Positions 34,449 through 36,097 of a DNA stretch of 36,097 nucleotides are shown here, one piece after another (the first letter of the stretch is position 1; the number at the start of each line of letters is the position of its first letter). This DNA comes from a virus (Duplodnaviria; Caudoviricetes): IMG/VR virus record IMGVR_UViG_3300030392_000170, positions 1-36,097 of that record. One strand, written 5' to 3'. The notes below the pieces were generated by a model that did no database searches, was not told the DNA's origin, and worked only from the letters and a program-made list of their open reading frames with translations. A program made the position numbers and the translations under genes.

Positions 34449-34776
34449 ATACCTACAACTACAATATCCCTTAGCTAAATTCTGTGCTAGCTTAGGAGGT
34501 ATTAGAACATCATATACCCAAGCCGTAAAAGCGAAAGCTAGCGGTTACATTAAGGGATTCCCCGACCTCCAAATCTGCTACCCTACTAGAAAATCATGTG
34601 GTCTTTTTTTAGAGATAAAGAAAGATAGAAAATCTTACGCCTCAAAACATCAACACGAATGGATTGAATATCTGAATGAAGTTGGATATACAGCTAAAGT
34701 GTGTAAAGGATTTGATGAGTGTAAAGAAGCTATTGATGATTATATGCATAAGCAGTATGATGGGGGGAGACTATAG
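34336..34776 (+). CDS. VRR-NUC domain nuclease (Holliday junction resolvase-like); start 34312 or 34336
   Basis: SEYELQ...GYIKGFPDL...GLFLEIK...QHEWIEYLNEVGYTAKVCKGF. Confidence 0.85.
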   Translation: MKKKKKKKKKINPSLNETTKNGLLKKSSEYELQKSVVKYLQLQYPLAKFCASLGGIRTSYTQAVKAKASGYIKGFPDLQICYPTRKSCGLFLEIKKDRKSYASKHQHEWIEYLNEVGYTAKVCKGFDECKEAIDDYMHKQYDGGRL

Positions 34777-34790
34777 AGGGGGGTATAGGG

Positions 34791-34812
34791 GGGAGGGGGT
34801 GCCTCCTGTTTT
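34791..34812 (+). terminator. Possible terminator hairpin inside a G-tract cluster
   Basis: GGAGG-GGGTG-CCTCC followed by TGTTTT. Confidence 0.4.
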
Positions 34813-34842
34813 CAAAGTCATAAATTTTAGAACTAAAAAATT

Positions 34843-35043
34843 ATGATGGAGATTGTTTGTAGTGTATGTAATAAAGAATTTGAGTTATTAAGAGATAAGA
34901 GTTACTTAGGACCTAAATTAATATCTAAAAATCCTGAAGAATACGACCCCCTAACAACAGAACTAATAGGATTATGTAGTGTTTGTTACAAGATTGAAAG
35001 AAAAAAGATTAAAGATAAGAATAAGAAAAAAAATAATGGGTAA
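34843..35043 (+). CDS. Small zinc-ribbon protein
   Basis: CSVC...CSVC. Confidence 0.7.
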   Translation: MMEIVCSVCNKEFELLRDKSYLGPKLISKNPEEYDPLTTELIGLCSVCYKIERKKIKDKNKKKNNG

Positions 35044-35239
35044 GATTAAAAGAGAAGATAGAAAAGATAGGAGAGGTGGAGGATATTCAAGAAGAAAATT
35101 TACTTATGAGCAAGCGGAATTGATTAGAGAAATATATGCGGCTGGAGTATATACACAATCAGATTTAGCTGAAGTATGTGAAGTTAGTCAACCAATTATA
35201 AATCAGATACTTACATACAAAACCTATACTAAAGATTAA
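35037..35239 (+). CDS. Small helix-turn-helix DNA-binding protein
   Basis: ATG at 35037 (MGKIKR); RKFTYEQAELIREIY...TQSDLAEVCEVSQPIINQIL. Confidence 0.75.
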
Positions 35240-35245
35240 AGTCTG

Positions 35246-35454
35246 TTGAAATTGTTAGAGGATTATATATAGTAAAAGAGCCTTGAAACTGTCTTGCCCT
35301 TATATATAAAAAAGATGTTGAAACTGTCTGACCCTTATATATAAAAATAAAAAAAATATTTTCTTCCCCCAACAAAAAATTCCCGAAACTGTTTTTCTTA
35401 TTTGAAACTGTTGGAACTGTCAATAGCGTTGAAACTGTTAGGGGCTTATATATA
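35246..35454 (+). repeat. Array of bipartite direct repeats TTGAAA(C/T)TGT-N7-TTATATATA
   Basis: Full copies start at 35246, 35283, 35318 and 35429; half copies at 35385, 35402 and 35413. Confidence 0.9.
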
Positions 35455-35791
35455 GAGATTTTTTGAAATTTTTATTTACTATGCATGCATAGTATTTCCT
35501 TATTTAGAATGGTTATAAATTAAAAAAAAGATAATTATTTATTTGTTTTTTACAAATTATTTTTGTAGACGCATGCGCGCGCTTTAATATACAGGACGCA
35601 AAAAGCAACATAATATAATACCATCAAAATAACATAAAAGCCCGTAAAAGCTAACGAAAATTGACTAAATCAGGCAATTTTTGAAGCTAAAAAACACTAT
35701 AAAAACACTAAAAAACAGACAAAAACAAACTTTTTTTAATGTTACTGATAACCTAGTAAAACAAAGTATTTTGTAAATAACTTGTAAATTA

Positions 35792-35822
35792 TTTGTATGT
35801 TATTGTTTTTTTAGTATCTTTA
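35792..35822 (+). promoter_or_regulatory. Early promoter
   Basis: TTTG (35792-35795)-N19-TATCTTTA (35815-35822); upstream AAATTATTTG resembles AAATAATTTG of the middle promoters. Confidence 0.7.
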
Positions 35823-35852
35823 CAATATTATAAATCATTAAAAAAAAAGAAC

Positions 35853-36097
35853 ATGAAAAAATTATTAAACAACACAATTTTAAGAAATTTACAAGATTAT
35901 AAACTAATCAACAGAAACACAAACGCAGTTTTATATTTGCCAACAAATCAGGTTCAGCAATTTCTAAAAATGAACGGAGGCAAATTACACAATTATAAAT
36001 TTGAAACACCAGAACAAAGAAAAGCGGCAAAGATTTGTAATATTTGCGACTATATAGCTGTTTCATGTGCTTTAATAGGTATTACTATTGTTTCTTA
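35853..36097 (+). CDS. Partial early protein, allele B of 406-702 (runs off the window end)
   Basis: MKKLLNNTILRNLQDYKLINRNTNAVLYLPTNQVQQFLKMNGGKLHNYKFETPEQRKAAKICNICDYIAVSCALIGITIVS. Confidence 0.85.
   Translation, partial: MKKLLNNTILRNLQDYKLINRNTNAVLYLPTNQVQQFLKMNGGKLHNYKFETPEQRKAAKICNICDYIAVSCALIGITIVS

Noticed and set aside
1147-35423. Other minus-strand ORFs in the track (e.g. 1147, 1714, 2618, 4278, 6920, 13927, 18498, 31617, 35229)
   Set aside because: They are shadows of + strand genes or repeats, with no motifs or leaders; the genome appears to be transcribed in one direction
35246-35454. Mini-CRISPR array
   Set aside because: Gaps between repeats are only about 10 nt or irregular, the variable part is a fixed 7 nt, and no cas genes are present
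1-36097. Stop-codon reassignment
   Set aside because: Long genes are intact under the standard code, and TAA, TAG and TGA all end genes at sensible boundaries

Overview
The window reads as an essentially complete, AT-rich genome of a long-tailed (siphovirus-type) dsDNA phage, most likely infecting Bacteroidetes/Flavobacteriia. The host inference rests on TAnnTTTG -7 and TTTG -33 promoters, A-rich leaders without Shine-Dalgarno motifs, and Bacteroidetes-type tail and lysis genes. All credible genes are on the + strand. Gene order: early cassette (35800-36097 joined to 1-2150); TerS/TerL; tail module (frameshifted chaperone, terminator-LamG fusion, Dit/hub-like proteins, tape measure); Mor-like activator; ClpP-type prohead protease, capsid, tail tube, portal, adaptor; lysis region with an outer-membrane beta-barrel; metallophosphoesterase; recombination/replication/nuclease genes. 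I recognise no integrase, polymerase, helicase, tRNA or CRISPR. The contig ends carry two alternative alleles of the first early locus. Best candidates for new biology: (i) a promoter- and terminator-bounded ~85-nt RNA at 26165-26253 complementary to the AACCTAAAAAAACTA leaders of early/middle genes but not to late-gene leaders; (ii) a Mor-like activator with three equally spaced late-promoter motifs; (iii) origin-like palindrome plus purine-tract elements lying outside the replication initiator gene. All calls are by eye; no searches were run.
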